A stretch of 64,000 nt of DNA from Hormiphora californensis (taxonomy: Eukaryota > Animalia > Ctenophora). Below the pieces are notes generated by a model. The model made no database searches and was not told the DNA's origin. It worked only from the letters and a program-made list of their open reading frames with translations. Each line of letters starts with the position of its first letter. Position 1 is the first letter of the stretch. The stretch lies in assembly GCA_020137815.1 (NCBI GenBank), contig CM035362.1, forward strand, positions 1,798,001 to 1,862,000, given 5' to 3'. Position numbers and translations under genes: made by a program. Below are positions 51,001 to 64,000 of this stretch, piece after piece.

Positions 51001-52264
51001 CTTCGAAATTATTGACCGTAGGCATTATCGTACGTAATCCGACACCGAGCCACCTAATTAGGGGTTGTGAGCCGATACCAACTAAGACTCAGCATAGAAA
51101 AATCTTTATGTTCCTACAGTCGAATAACGCAACTAAAACGTAGAGCTATGGAAAAAATCATGGTATCAAAATGAACCTTAGACGATTCCAATGAAGCTCT
51201 TATAAATTTCAAACCATTTTACCGATTTGTTGATGACACGTGATCCCCTCAAAAATGTTGGTTGAATTTCGTCTTTAGACAGTCATAAGACACTCTAAAC
51301 ATTGAGCTAGGACAAAAACCCGGGTACCAAAATGACCGCCAGACAATTTCCTACAACTCTTATGAGGGATGCAATGTGATCCGAGCAACTTTGCATTTGT
51401 GAATTTTTCAAAACGTGAACCCCGGTCGGATTTCATGAACACGTATTTTTGACTTTAAGACGATATATCTGACGGTTGGTAAGACTTGGAACATCAATCT
51501 TGTACCCTAGTGTTCGCCTGACAATTCTCTACAACACTGTTTTTGGTTGAGCCGTTTTGACCTATTTTTCGATGAGTTATGAACATTTGAATGGAACGCA
51601 CTCATCACCCAAAATCACAGGTCACGCAAAGACAGTGGGACACCCTGTATAATCCCATTCTCCCCACTAGATTATGGAATTAAAAGCGGAAGTATTACAC
51701 TTCTCCACTCGAGACAAATTCCTGAGCACGGAGCTAGAGGAAAGAAATAGACAGCTGACTAAAGCTAAAACTCTTCATGAAAAGAAAATGGTGAGAAAAT
51801 GAATTATTTCTAGATGATCAGACTTTTTAGTCAAATAATTAAGTTAACTACGTTGTTATGCCTCACTCTCTAACACTATAACTACGTTTCTAACTTGTTG
51901 ACTCAACAATTTCTAACACTAATTGTCTCTTCAGATAATGGCAGATAAGTCTCGATCCCACAACAATTCCTTTCACCACCGTCCCCAAATAGGTCCCACT
52001 AAGATCCTCTACTACTTCGGGACTTCCACCACCCCCTACCTCTCACAAACTACTAAACGGCTCGGTGACATAACCCTACGGGACTTTAAGGGCATTGTCA
52101 ATAGGGCGGGTAAATTCAGATACAACTTCAAGTGTCACGATCCTGAGTTTGGAACGGTTAAGGAGGAGATTATTGAAGATGGGGCTGTTCTCCCTGGATG
52201 GGATGGGAAGATTGTGGGGTTCGTAGAGGAACAGAGTACTTCGTTGGACCATATTGAGATTTGA
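44476..52264 (+). CDS. DIXDC1: DIXDC1/dixin-like protein (end of CH domain, coiled coil, C-terminal DIX); exons 44476-44560, 46167-46261, 46575-46693, 49367-49489, 51671-51790, 51935-52264; 5' exons not securely located
   Basis: [22 protein letters not shown] matches the end of the dixin CH domain. The middle exons are coiled-coil-like. The last exon [15 protein letters not shown]...[12 protein letters not shown]...[18 protein letters not shown]...[14 protein letters not shown] is a dixin-type DIX domain. All intron phases agree. Confidence 0.88.
45960..46172. repeat. Tandem repeat of about 44 bp containing copies of a splice acceptor
   Basis: CTGCTCTCTCCTAGTTAAAGTAACAATCTCTCCCCTAGATCG is repeated about 5 times. 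The last copy is the acceptor of DIXDC1 exon 46167. Confidence 0.9.
47012..47700 (-). CDS. Secreted F-type-lectin/galactose-binding-fold protein nested antisense in a DIXDC1 intron (exons 47700-47462, 47306-47012)
   Basis: Signal peptide [13 protein letters not shown], then [35 protein letters not shown] and IKEVMVYG, following the fucolectin/F5-8 type C pattern. The phase-2 GT-AG intron joins the two ORFs. Confidence 0.72.
47806..48096. mobile_element. TA-flanked MITE (AGTCGAATTTTTTATTTAAGCGACAGGCCG TIR)
   Basis: TIR of about 45 bp, visible at both ends. Confidence 0.8.
48288..48922. mobile_element. hAT-type MITE with an 8-bp TSD and internal palindromic tandem repeats
   Basis: CTTCAGAC|TAGGAGCCGGCGATAT...ATATCGCCGGCTCCTA|CTTCAGAC. 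The interior is about 14 copies of a unit of about 40 bp built on ATATCGAATCGATATCGAATCGA. Confidence 0.9.
49646..51647. mobile_element. Tc1/mariner-type non-autonomous element with TIRs of about 370 bp, TA-flanked
   Basis: TA|CATGGTGTCCCACTGTC...GACAGTGGGACACCCTG|TA, with long, nearly perfect TIRs. Confidence 0.85.
50247..51039 (-). mobile_element. Internally deleted MULE element carrying the 3' part of its transposase (50657-about 51000)
   Basis: 8-bp TSD CGACACCG and TIRs containing ATAATGCCTACGGTCAATAAT. The [29 protein letters not shown]...CSNPS matches the MULE RTNNxxE motif. Confidence 0.8.
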
Positions 52265-52925
52265 AAGAGCGTGTGTTTCGTATATTTGAGAATTATATAG
52301 ACTCTCGAAGGTTGCTGTAATATTTGTAAATAAAATGTGTGTAATTGAGCCTGTAGCTCTGACGTCGCCAGACCCCGATTTGATTCTCAGTGCGCTCAGA
52401 TGGGGTCTGCGGCGCTAGACAGATTTGAGCTGGTTTGAGGTAAAAGAGAGGGTTGTTCAGATGTGTTTATTTCAGTGGACCGCGGGTTGTCTGCTGAGTT
52501 CTGTAATTGTTTGAAAATATAGTTGTCAACAATGAAGGTCTGAGTTTTTAAAACAACAGTTGGACCCTGGTTGAATGGGGAAGGGGTTTGCCTGGTAAAT
52601 TTGGGTGCCCGGTATATTGAATATCGGGGTAAAATACCGTTTATTTCCTATATCGAGGGAATTTTATCCTCCCGGGGTCCGACTGTATAAAGCAAAGTGT
52701 CCAATATGATGGTAACCCCCGCAATTCACATCATGTATCTCCTGTCATGCTCTGACACAAGATCTCCAGTTTTTGTGTGGTTATGGTTTCCGTTCTGTGT
52801 GTTTGTGTGAGTTTGTTTTCAAGTAAATTTTAAAAACCCCACAAAATTCAGTTTTTAAAGGGTCACAAATCATCATAGAATTTGAGCACTGCTGGTTTTT
52901 CCACATGGATTCCATAATTACCAAG

Positions 52926-55900
52926 TTACGGGATATCGGCGCACCTACCACAGGTTTTGGGGCAATACGTAACAGCCAGTTCGTCCTCCTTGCACAGGGC
53001 TGGCATGCTAGCACAGTCCTTCCAAGAATCCTCACAGTCGTCCTGGAAACGAGAGGGGAGTTATAACTGGCAGTTGTTCTGGAAACGAGATAGAGAGGGG
53101 GTCATTGAGGTACACGGTAAATCGAGGTTTGGACGTTTGGTATGGCTGTTATACTACCCTTGGGACGGGTATGGCGGCGCCATACCCCATTTGACAGTGC
53201 GCTCAGATGGGGTGGCGGCGCCAGACAGTTTGGGGCCCAAATTGGTAATCAAGGGGTAACATTTCATGGTGGTACTGGTAGTTATTGAAATTATACATAT
53301 TGGTATGTAAAAGGCTGAGCGAGCGGCAATTCTGCAAGTTTGGGACTTTTAGTTTTGGTTCTGGAGCAGCAGCTGGGATTATGTATGTATACTATCAGTT
53401 GTATCAGCAGTAACGGGTTTTCTTAACCGAACCGATCGTTCGGTCGTTTCTGGTATCACTATCAGCATGGAAAACGGGCAGTATTTTCCGGTTAAAAACT
53501 GCAGCATTGTATCTGAACTGGTTTCCTTACAGGGTGCTGGGTAGGGGGTACAATGTCATCGCATCTGTCACACGACAAGGGGCAGTATTTCAGGGCAAGG
53601 TCCTCCTCTAGGCATACTCCAGGCATATATGGACAGTCAGGATGACTGTCTTTACACTCCTAACACAGACACAATTCAATGTTATTTGGCAAATTTGGGT
53701 AAGCCGCAAATGTTGTCTGGACGTCGTTCCAATGTTGTCTAGACTTGTTATTATGTTCTAGCCCTTTGTTACATTTGCGAAACACAGTCTAGCTCTGTAT
53801 GGCGGCGCCATACCCCATTTGATTCTCAGTGCGCTCAGATGGGATCGGCGGCGCCAGACAAGTCTAACTAGGCAAGTCTATACGGGTTTTTCCAACATGG
53901 GCTTGAGGCGGAGTCAAACGTGCTTGAGACGTGTTTGGCACAAGTCTGTTTCAAGCCCGTCTTAGGGAACCCCGTTACTGTTAGACGGGTACGACGGTGG
54001 AGTACTGGAGCGACGTCCAGACAACTTTTTTAGCCAATCCAAATTTCCCAGAAGTCAAATTGTGAATAGATGGTCACTTGTTGAGGGTTTTGTGGCCCAA
54101 GTCAGCAGAAATCAGAAACAGGGCAGTATTTTCCGGTTAAAAACTGCAGCATTGTATCTGAACCGGTTGCCTTACAGGGTGCTGGGTAGGGGGTACAATA
54201 TCATCGCATCTGTCACACGACAAGGGGCAGTATTTCAGGGCAAGGTCCTCCTCTAGGCATACTCCAGGCATATATGGACAGTCAGGATGACTGTCTTTAC
54301 ACTCAATATCCTAACATTATTGTGGCATATTTGTACAAAAGTGAAAAGTGAAATTTGTAAGTTGGTTGAGCTAGAACTTCTAGAAGTCAGGTTTAGCAAT
54401 TCTCTTACCGTGGGTGGCTCGGGGGCTGCAGTGGTTGGTCCTGCAGTGGTTGGGGAATCAGTGGTTGGGGAATCAGTGGTTGGGGCAGTGCCAGTAGTGG
54501 GCTCTACAGTTGTTGGAGCAGCGGTGGTTGGGGCTCGGGTAGGAGGGTCAAAAGGGCATTCAGGTACATTCTCAGGCCAGTCACAAACTTGTTCCTCTTC
54601 GTTGAACCAGAGCTCTGGGTTATCCTGGAAATTAGGAATTAATTAGCTGATTAGTAATACTTGGAATTTTAATTGGGGATCAACAAGTGAAGTCAACTTC
54701 TATTACTAAATCACGGTGAATGTGTTCCTATTTATCTCATACTATGAGTCATATTCTTCCTAAATTCTATCATACCGGGCAAGTCAGGTGGAAGAGACGA
54801 CCGTTGAAGCACCTGTAAAACCTGTTACAATCCTCCTTGTCCAAAAACCGACCATCTTTCTTGCAGTCCAGCGGGTTTTCTGTGGGCCCTTGGGTTGTGG
54901 GCTCGACTACCGTGGTGGGTTCAGGAGTTGTGGGTTCAGGGGTTGTAGGTTCAGGAGTCGTAGGTTCAGGAGTAGTAGGTTCAGGTGTTGTAGGTTCAGG
55001 GGTTGTGGGCTCAGGAGTCGTAGGTTCAGGAGTCGTAGGTTCAGGAGTCGTAGGTTCGGGAGTCGTGGGCTCAGGAGTCGTAGGGGCGTCAGTAGGAGCG
55101 TCAGTAGGGGCGTCAGTGGGGGCGTCAGTGGGAGCATCAGTAGGGGCGTCAGTGGGAGCATCAGTAGGGGCGTCAGTGGGAGCAGGAGTGGGAGCATCAG
55201 TAGGGGCAGGAGTGGGAGCATCAGTAGGGGCAGGAGTGGGAGCATCAGTAGGGGCAGGAGTGGGAGCATCAGTAGGGGCGTCAGTAGGGGCAGGAGTGGG
55301 AGGGTCCAAGGGGCACTCAGGTACATTCTCAGGCCAGTCACAGACTTGGGCTCCCTCGTTAAACCAAAGACCATCCTGGGAGAGGATATTGGTGAATGTA
55401 TATGAAGCATTTTAATTTATGCTAACACTGTTACTAACACTGTTAGAGGCCAGAGACTCCTGTTTGTTAGTAACAGACAAGAGTCAGTGGCCTCTCACTT
55501 CGACTTATAGGACAGGGCCCCTTTGCATTGCTTGACGAGGCGCCCTTACAGGATACCCCCAGATACCCCCCGATACGTACAGGGCAGGGCATGTGATGTT
55601 TCTGCTCACCCACACACCACCAGTATTTGTTGCAGTCAATCTTGTCCAGGAACATCCCATCCCCGGGACAAACAAACTCACACTCTGGAACATTCTCAGG
55701 CCAATCACATTGTCCCTTTGCCTCGTTGAAGTACAGAATCGGATCCGTCTGAATTGGAGTTTGTTAGGGGTTGCGACTTGTTGGTAGTTGGTAATGGAAT
55801 TTTATTTTCAGGGGTTGGGACTAGAATTGGGTTCTTGGAGTTGGATAGTTCAACACCACCAGACAGCTATTCACAACTCACCGGGCAAGGCATATCAAAG

Positions 55901-56331
55901 ACTCCAGTTTGGTCGCACACCCAGTACCGGTTACAATCGTCTGGGTTCCTGAACCACCCGTCACCAGGACACTCGAATGCGGTTGCCATGACAACCATGA
56001 GAGATGCCAACACGATCTAAGGAGGGGGATGGGTGAGAGAGTGACATCTGTCTGTCTAGTCTAAGTCAGGAAAACCCTGTCTAGCGTAGCCAGACCCCGC
56101 TTTGATCGGGTCGGCTTTGCCAGACTGGGATCACCTGACCGCTCCGTTCAGATTCTGGTGATTGCTGACGCCGCAGACCCCGTCTTTAGTGTACTCAGAA
56201 CGGTGCTGCGGCGCCTCACAATTCTCCGTTTCTGTCTGGCAGACAGCTCCGTTTGAAGACGGAGGTCGGAGTTCAATTTTAGGGTTTTGAGAGAAAAGGT
56301 CGATTTTATTGTTTTATTTCCTAACCTTCAT
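52926..56331 (-). CDS. Secreted peritrophin-like protein: 3x CBM14 chitin-binding, Thr/Pro mucin repeats, C-terminal ShKT (exons 56331-56326, 56016-55882, 55748-55581, 55375-54776, 54624-54409, 53042-52926)
   Basis: Signal peptide MKIVLASLMVVMATA. Three six-Cys units C..DG.F....DCN.Y..C......CP...L.FNE....CDWPENVPEC, plus (PTDA)n and (PTTPE)n tracts. The last exon is CEDSWKDCASMPALCKEDELAVTYCPKTCGRC. All introns are phase 0. Confidence 0.9.
53476..54305. repeat. Direct duplication of about 185 bp (53476-53660 and 54121-54305)
   Basis: Two near-identical copies of GGGCAGTATTTTCCGG...GTCTTTACACTC in one intron. Confidence 0.9.
53795..53858. mobile_element. Hairpin mini-repeat family of about 60 bp (also near 34021, 52357, 53170, 56165)
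   Basis: TGGCGGCGCCATACCCCAT...CAGTGCGCTCAGATGGGG..GGCGGCGCCA recurs five times in the window. Confidence 0.7.
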
Positions 56332-57269
56332 TGTGAATCTCTAGAGCACAAAATACCAGAACAGGGCGTACTAAACAAAGAGATCTCTCAAAAGAAGGAG
56401 TGTTCAACTAATGAATCTTTGTTGTAGCCCCACCTCAACATTGTGCTAAATCAGTTAGGCAGGTGGTGGTGTGTCGGAGAATTGTCTCCAACTGATTTAG
56501 TAAACTGTGCTAGGAGGTGCTAAACTGTGCTGGCCACATGTGGACTGGCTGGCGGTTATAATATTTAACTAATTAGGAGCATCTCAAGAGCCTAGCATCT
56601 CAAATACAGTCGGACCCCGATTTACTGCGGTATACCGGCCACCGAGATTATCGAATATAGATGGAACCGGAAACGATTTTAATTCATTAGATAAATCGGG
56701 GTCTGGCTAAAGCTAAAGTTTTGGACCTTTTCTCTCGTATTTAGAATTTTGATAACTTCAGGATTTTGGTTTTTCTGGGAAGATTAATAAAGAGTAATTG
56801 GGATACAGCATCACACCCTGATCAAAATCACACACACACAATCACACAATCACACGCCCTCTCACACACACACACACACACACACCTTCCAGACAAAAAA
56901 CGTCACCCAAACTCACACATAAGTCCACAGATACAGCTAGGCTCACGTGAACAATCATCGCTGCAATCTTGTTCACAACAAAATATCTCTCTCGGTTAAA
57001 AACTAATAGCCGATAAAAACCCCCACGTTTCTAATATTGTCACGTGACCAGTCACGTGATATTTCATTTCATTGTCTTTTTCGTATTTTATCTCCTTTAA
57101 AAATGATAAATCATATAACGCCCTTGTTGAAAAAAGTCCAAGGTCTGTTGTCCTAAATATCACATTTGATTGGTAACAACAGCCATGGTAACCATGACAA
57201 CCAGATCTGCAGTCTGTAATCACCATAGTAACCATCTTGGTAACCGCATGTTCCTCTCTCTTCAACTCT

Positions 57270-60826
<3,557 letters not shown>

Positions 60827-61417
60827 TTAGTTGAATATTGAATACTATCCCTCTTTGACGCTCCCTGATCCCTGTCGTAAACCCTCCCTAAACCATCTAA
60901 TCTAAATTCTGCTGAAACTTTTAAAACTTGATATGACACCTCAATTCAACCAAACCCTGATATTTTCAGATTTCTACAACTATAATAACAGTCCAGTAAT
61001 ACACGGCCCGCTGCTACTAAATTCTAAAATCTCACTCTCCTTCTCACACTGTGTAATAGATGGGAATAGTTAATTGTAAGATAATGCCCTGTCATCAAAT
61101 CAACCCTCTACAACACCCCCACCAGCAGAACACTGTTTTATTTCTTTTTTAATCCAACCTCCCCCTGTCACAACTAGAGAATCATACTGTTATTCTAACC
61201 CCCAGGTTTGTTATGTTTTTCATTTATAAAAGAGGGGCGCTGAGAGAGGATCGAACAAGGCAATCCCCTAAAACGGATAGAATTCTGAATTTGAAGCCCT
61301 TCATTGGACCCAAGTACAATTGTTTTTGTTTGTTTTGTTAAGTACACATAATGAACATTTATACATCCAACAATTGTGCTCTCTTTCTCTCTTTCTCTCT
61401 TTCTCTCTTTCTCTCTT

Positions 61418-61483
<66 letters not shown>

Positions 61484-61897
61484 ACCACACCGTTCTATAA
61501 TTGTACCCAAATTGTTGCTGGTGCTATTTTGGAAGAAATGTGTGTCTCCTGTTATGTCAACAACACACACACAAGGTGATCTCACCCCATTTGATCGGTT
61601 TTCTCTTTGAGTCTGGACCTTGTTAACGTGGCTGAATTAGTTTTCTTGTTCAATTAAACTTGTTTTCTTGGTAAATATAGTTGGTTGTGATAGATTCCCA
61701 CTTGTTCAGAGGAAAGGAAAAGCAATTATTTGTTTACTTTCTATTCTGTTTACTTTCTATTCTGAAGTTTTGAATAATCGTATTTGATCGGTTTCAACAG
61801 TTTGTTTGATTCATTGATCGTCCTATAGCGGCCTAAACACCAGTTTATTTCCCTCTATCTCTCTATCCCTCTCTCCAGGTATGTTGGTGTTAGTGAT

Positions 61898-63885
61898 ATG
61901 GTGAAATATGTATTACCCCTGACGACCCTCATCACTTCTCTACTCCTCCTTCTTCCCGGGCAACATGCCAACATTTGTAGCAGCAACCCCAACATAAAGG
62001 CATCCGGGGTTAAAACTTATAATCAGGTAGGGATGTGTATTGTGTAACCATGGTAACCTAGAGATAACACCGTAAGTGTGTAACCATGGTAACCAAAAGT
62101 TACCCTCCCCATGATCATTATTCCCGCAGGATGAAAAAACGTATGTCGATGAGACGAAGATATCTTTTAAAATTGGCCTAGATGAGACAGTATGCTTTGA
62201 GATACGCGAGAAAAATGCATACACCCCAAAGGAGGTGTTCAGGTATGTTACCATGGCAATCTTTTCAATGCCCAAATAAGGACAAAAAGGGATATTTTAC
62301 AACCTAATAAGGTCATTGATTTCACAGGATATCCTTCTTGGATGTGGATAGCATCTTCACCTACAAGAACTCGTATGACTTTGCAATAGCTGAGAGTCAC
62401 GTGACGTGTGTCTGTGATTGCCCGGGTATGGAAGACCAGTGTTCACCGATCCGACAGAGTTGTAAGGAGGAAGAGGACCAGTCGCATTTGTGTTGGAACT
62501 TTTATAAAGGTTTGTACTGCGATCAATATATCAGATATTGATACCAACTACTACGGAAAATAACCGGGAAATAACCACTACCGATAATTACTAACCACTC
62601 GGGGTAACTAATGGTTACTAACCACTCGCTCCCGGTAACCACTGGTTACTAACCACTCACCAGTATTGCCCTATTTCAGGTGATCAATCATCTGAGGGAT
62701 GTGGAGTATTTGAGACGATGGGGTCTGCCGAGGTTTGCTGTGCTGTTGATTTTACACCATTCCTGGGTCAAACATACAAAGCATTCCAGGTTTGTCTTTG
62801 CACATTTATCTGTGTAGTACTTGTGAGCGAGGGCGCTGGTAAGGGTTCGGCAGAGCAAGTCCTTTTTTTGAAAGCTTATGTGACATCCTAATATGATCTG
62901 TTACAGGTTACCACCCCAACAACTCGGGGTAAGTTTGTCTTTGAAACCCGGACCAGTAACATCACCAACACCTTCTCGACTAACTTGGATAAGGCCAGCA
63001 AGAAGTTTATTGACCAGGATACCGCCATCTCATTTGAAACACCAGGTAGGGAACCTGCGACAGCTGAAACCCATACTAAGTTAATTCCATCAGCCAGCTT
63101 TCTGCTAGACTTCCTGGCCCTCTCCCGCTGTGCATGATACTAACATGACCCTGAGACCCTCGTTGGGTTTTCTACTACTACTGCTAAATCATGTTGTCAG
63201 GTTCCTCTGTTGCAATACCAGATGGGTGGTACTACGGGGCTCTGAACACCAACGAAGTACTAACCAATGTCCAGATTAATGGACTTAACGAGTGGAAGCT
63301 GAACAAGTTGGGCTGGCTGAAGTATGGACCGGACGGAAAGTTGAAATATAGCGAGAGTGAGGTTTCAAAGGTAACGATACTTGTACTTTGAGTTAGTTTT
63401 TAGTGCACTTGGCTGCCCGTAACGCAGCATATGAGGTGCACTTCGCACGCCGGAAAGGGAAAGGTAGCGAGCACCAGTTGACTTTTTTCACGATCCTTCC
63501 ACAGACGTTTTCTGCGGAGGCAACCAGCTGTCCTAACAACTTGATGAAGGTTGACTTTAGTTCCCCGTACGCTAACAGAGAGATTACGGAATCTCAGAGA
63601 CTCGATCAGTTCTTTCAAAGCACAATACGGTAACTTTATATAGAATCACTATCTTTCTCTATCTCTATCTCTATCTCTATCTCTATCTCTATCTCTATCT
63701 CTATGTTTTGGCAGGAAGGTAGTGAGGGAGGACGACCGCCGACATTTTCTGGTGTACTTTAGAAGTTTTGAGAAGCTGAATGTCCAGTTGACACTGCGTA
63801 ATGAGTATACGGTAGTACCCCATAAGTATGAAAGTGCCTTTACTAGCTTTACTGGAGCTGCACTACTGGATAAACACTCCAACAG
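61898..63885 (+). CDS. EFF-1/AFF-1 family (fusexin, class II) cell-cell fusogen, 5' part; exons 61898-62026, 62130-62242, 62328-62509, 62680-62789, 62907-63045, 63201-63370, 63505-63629, 63715-63885; continues beyond the window
   Basis: Signal peptide MVKYVLPLTTLITSLLLLLPGQHA. Motifs are colinear with C. elegans EFF-1 as I recall it: FKIGLDETVCF, YDFAIAESHVTCVCDC, LCWNFYKGDQSSEGC, VCCAVDFTPFLGQTYKAF, DGWYY, NGLNEWKLNKLGWLK, FTGAALLDKHSNR. All seven introns are GT-AG and phase-consistent. Confidence 0.88.
63648..63703. repeat. (CTATCT)n microsatellite
   Basis: Hexamer tandem repeat in a fusogen intron. Confidence 0.9.
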
Positions 63886-64000
63886 GTAAGATAAGTCCTT
63901 ATATGGTAGGAATCTCCTAATATGGGCAGAAATATATTGCCATTTAAGGTCATGATCTTCATAAACAAGGGCCAGGAAGAGATAATATTCTACATAATAT

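Noticed and set aside
54788-55415. Arg/Ser-rich and Gly/Val-rich plus-strand ORFs
   Set aside because: Antisense shadows of the Thr/Pro mucin exon.
61898-63885. Endogenous viral envelope gene or HAP2/GCS1
   Set aside because: At least seven spliceosomal introns, no LTR or pol nearby, and the motifs match EFF/AFF rather than HAP2.

Overview
This is intron-rich, repeat-dense animal genomic DNA from a draft assembly (one N gap, two error-rich stretches, apparent homopolymer frameshifts). Gene content and the repeat families suggest a ctenophore, probably Pleurobrachia; this is inference. Genes assembled by hand with phase-consistent GT-AG introns are: the 3' end of an unknown gene, a small CAP-Gly protein, an alpha-arrestin with PY motifs, a very long progranulin with five near-identical tandem exons, DIXDC1/dixin (CH, coiled coil, DIX) with a nested antisense F-type-lectin-like gene, a secreted 3xCBM14-mucin-ShKT protein, a multi-exon RNA polymerase II CTD (YSPTSPS) region, and the 5' part of an EFF-1/AFF-1 (fusexin) cell-cell fusogen. 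The fusogen is the most striking item. Its predicted cd loop reads GCGVF, like viral class II fusion loops and unlike the acidic EFF-1 loop. It also lies antisense and directly upstream of the CTD exons, so it is probably nested in an RPB1 intron. Mobile DNA includes a 4.3-kb foldback palindrome with 32-bp satellite arms and a 5-bp TSD (two copies), a decayed CR1-like LINE, nested Tc1-like/MULE/hairpin elements and many MITEs.
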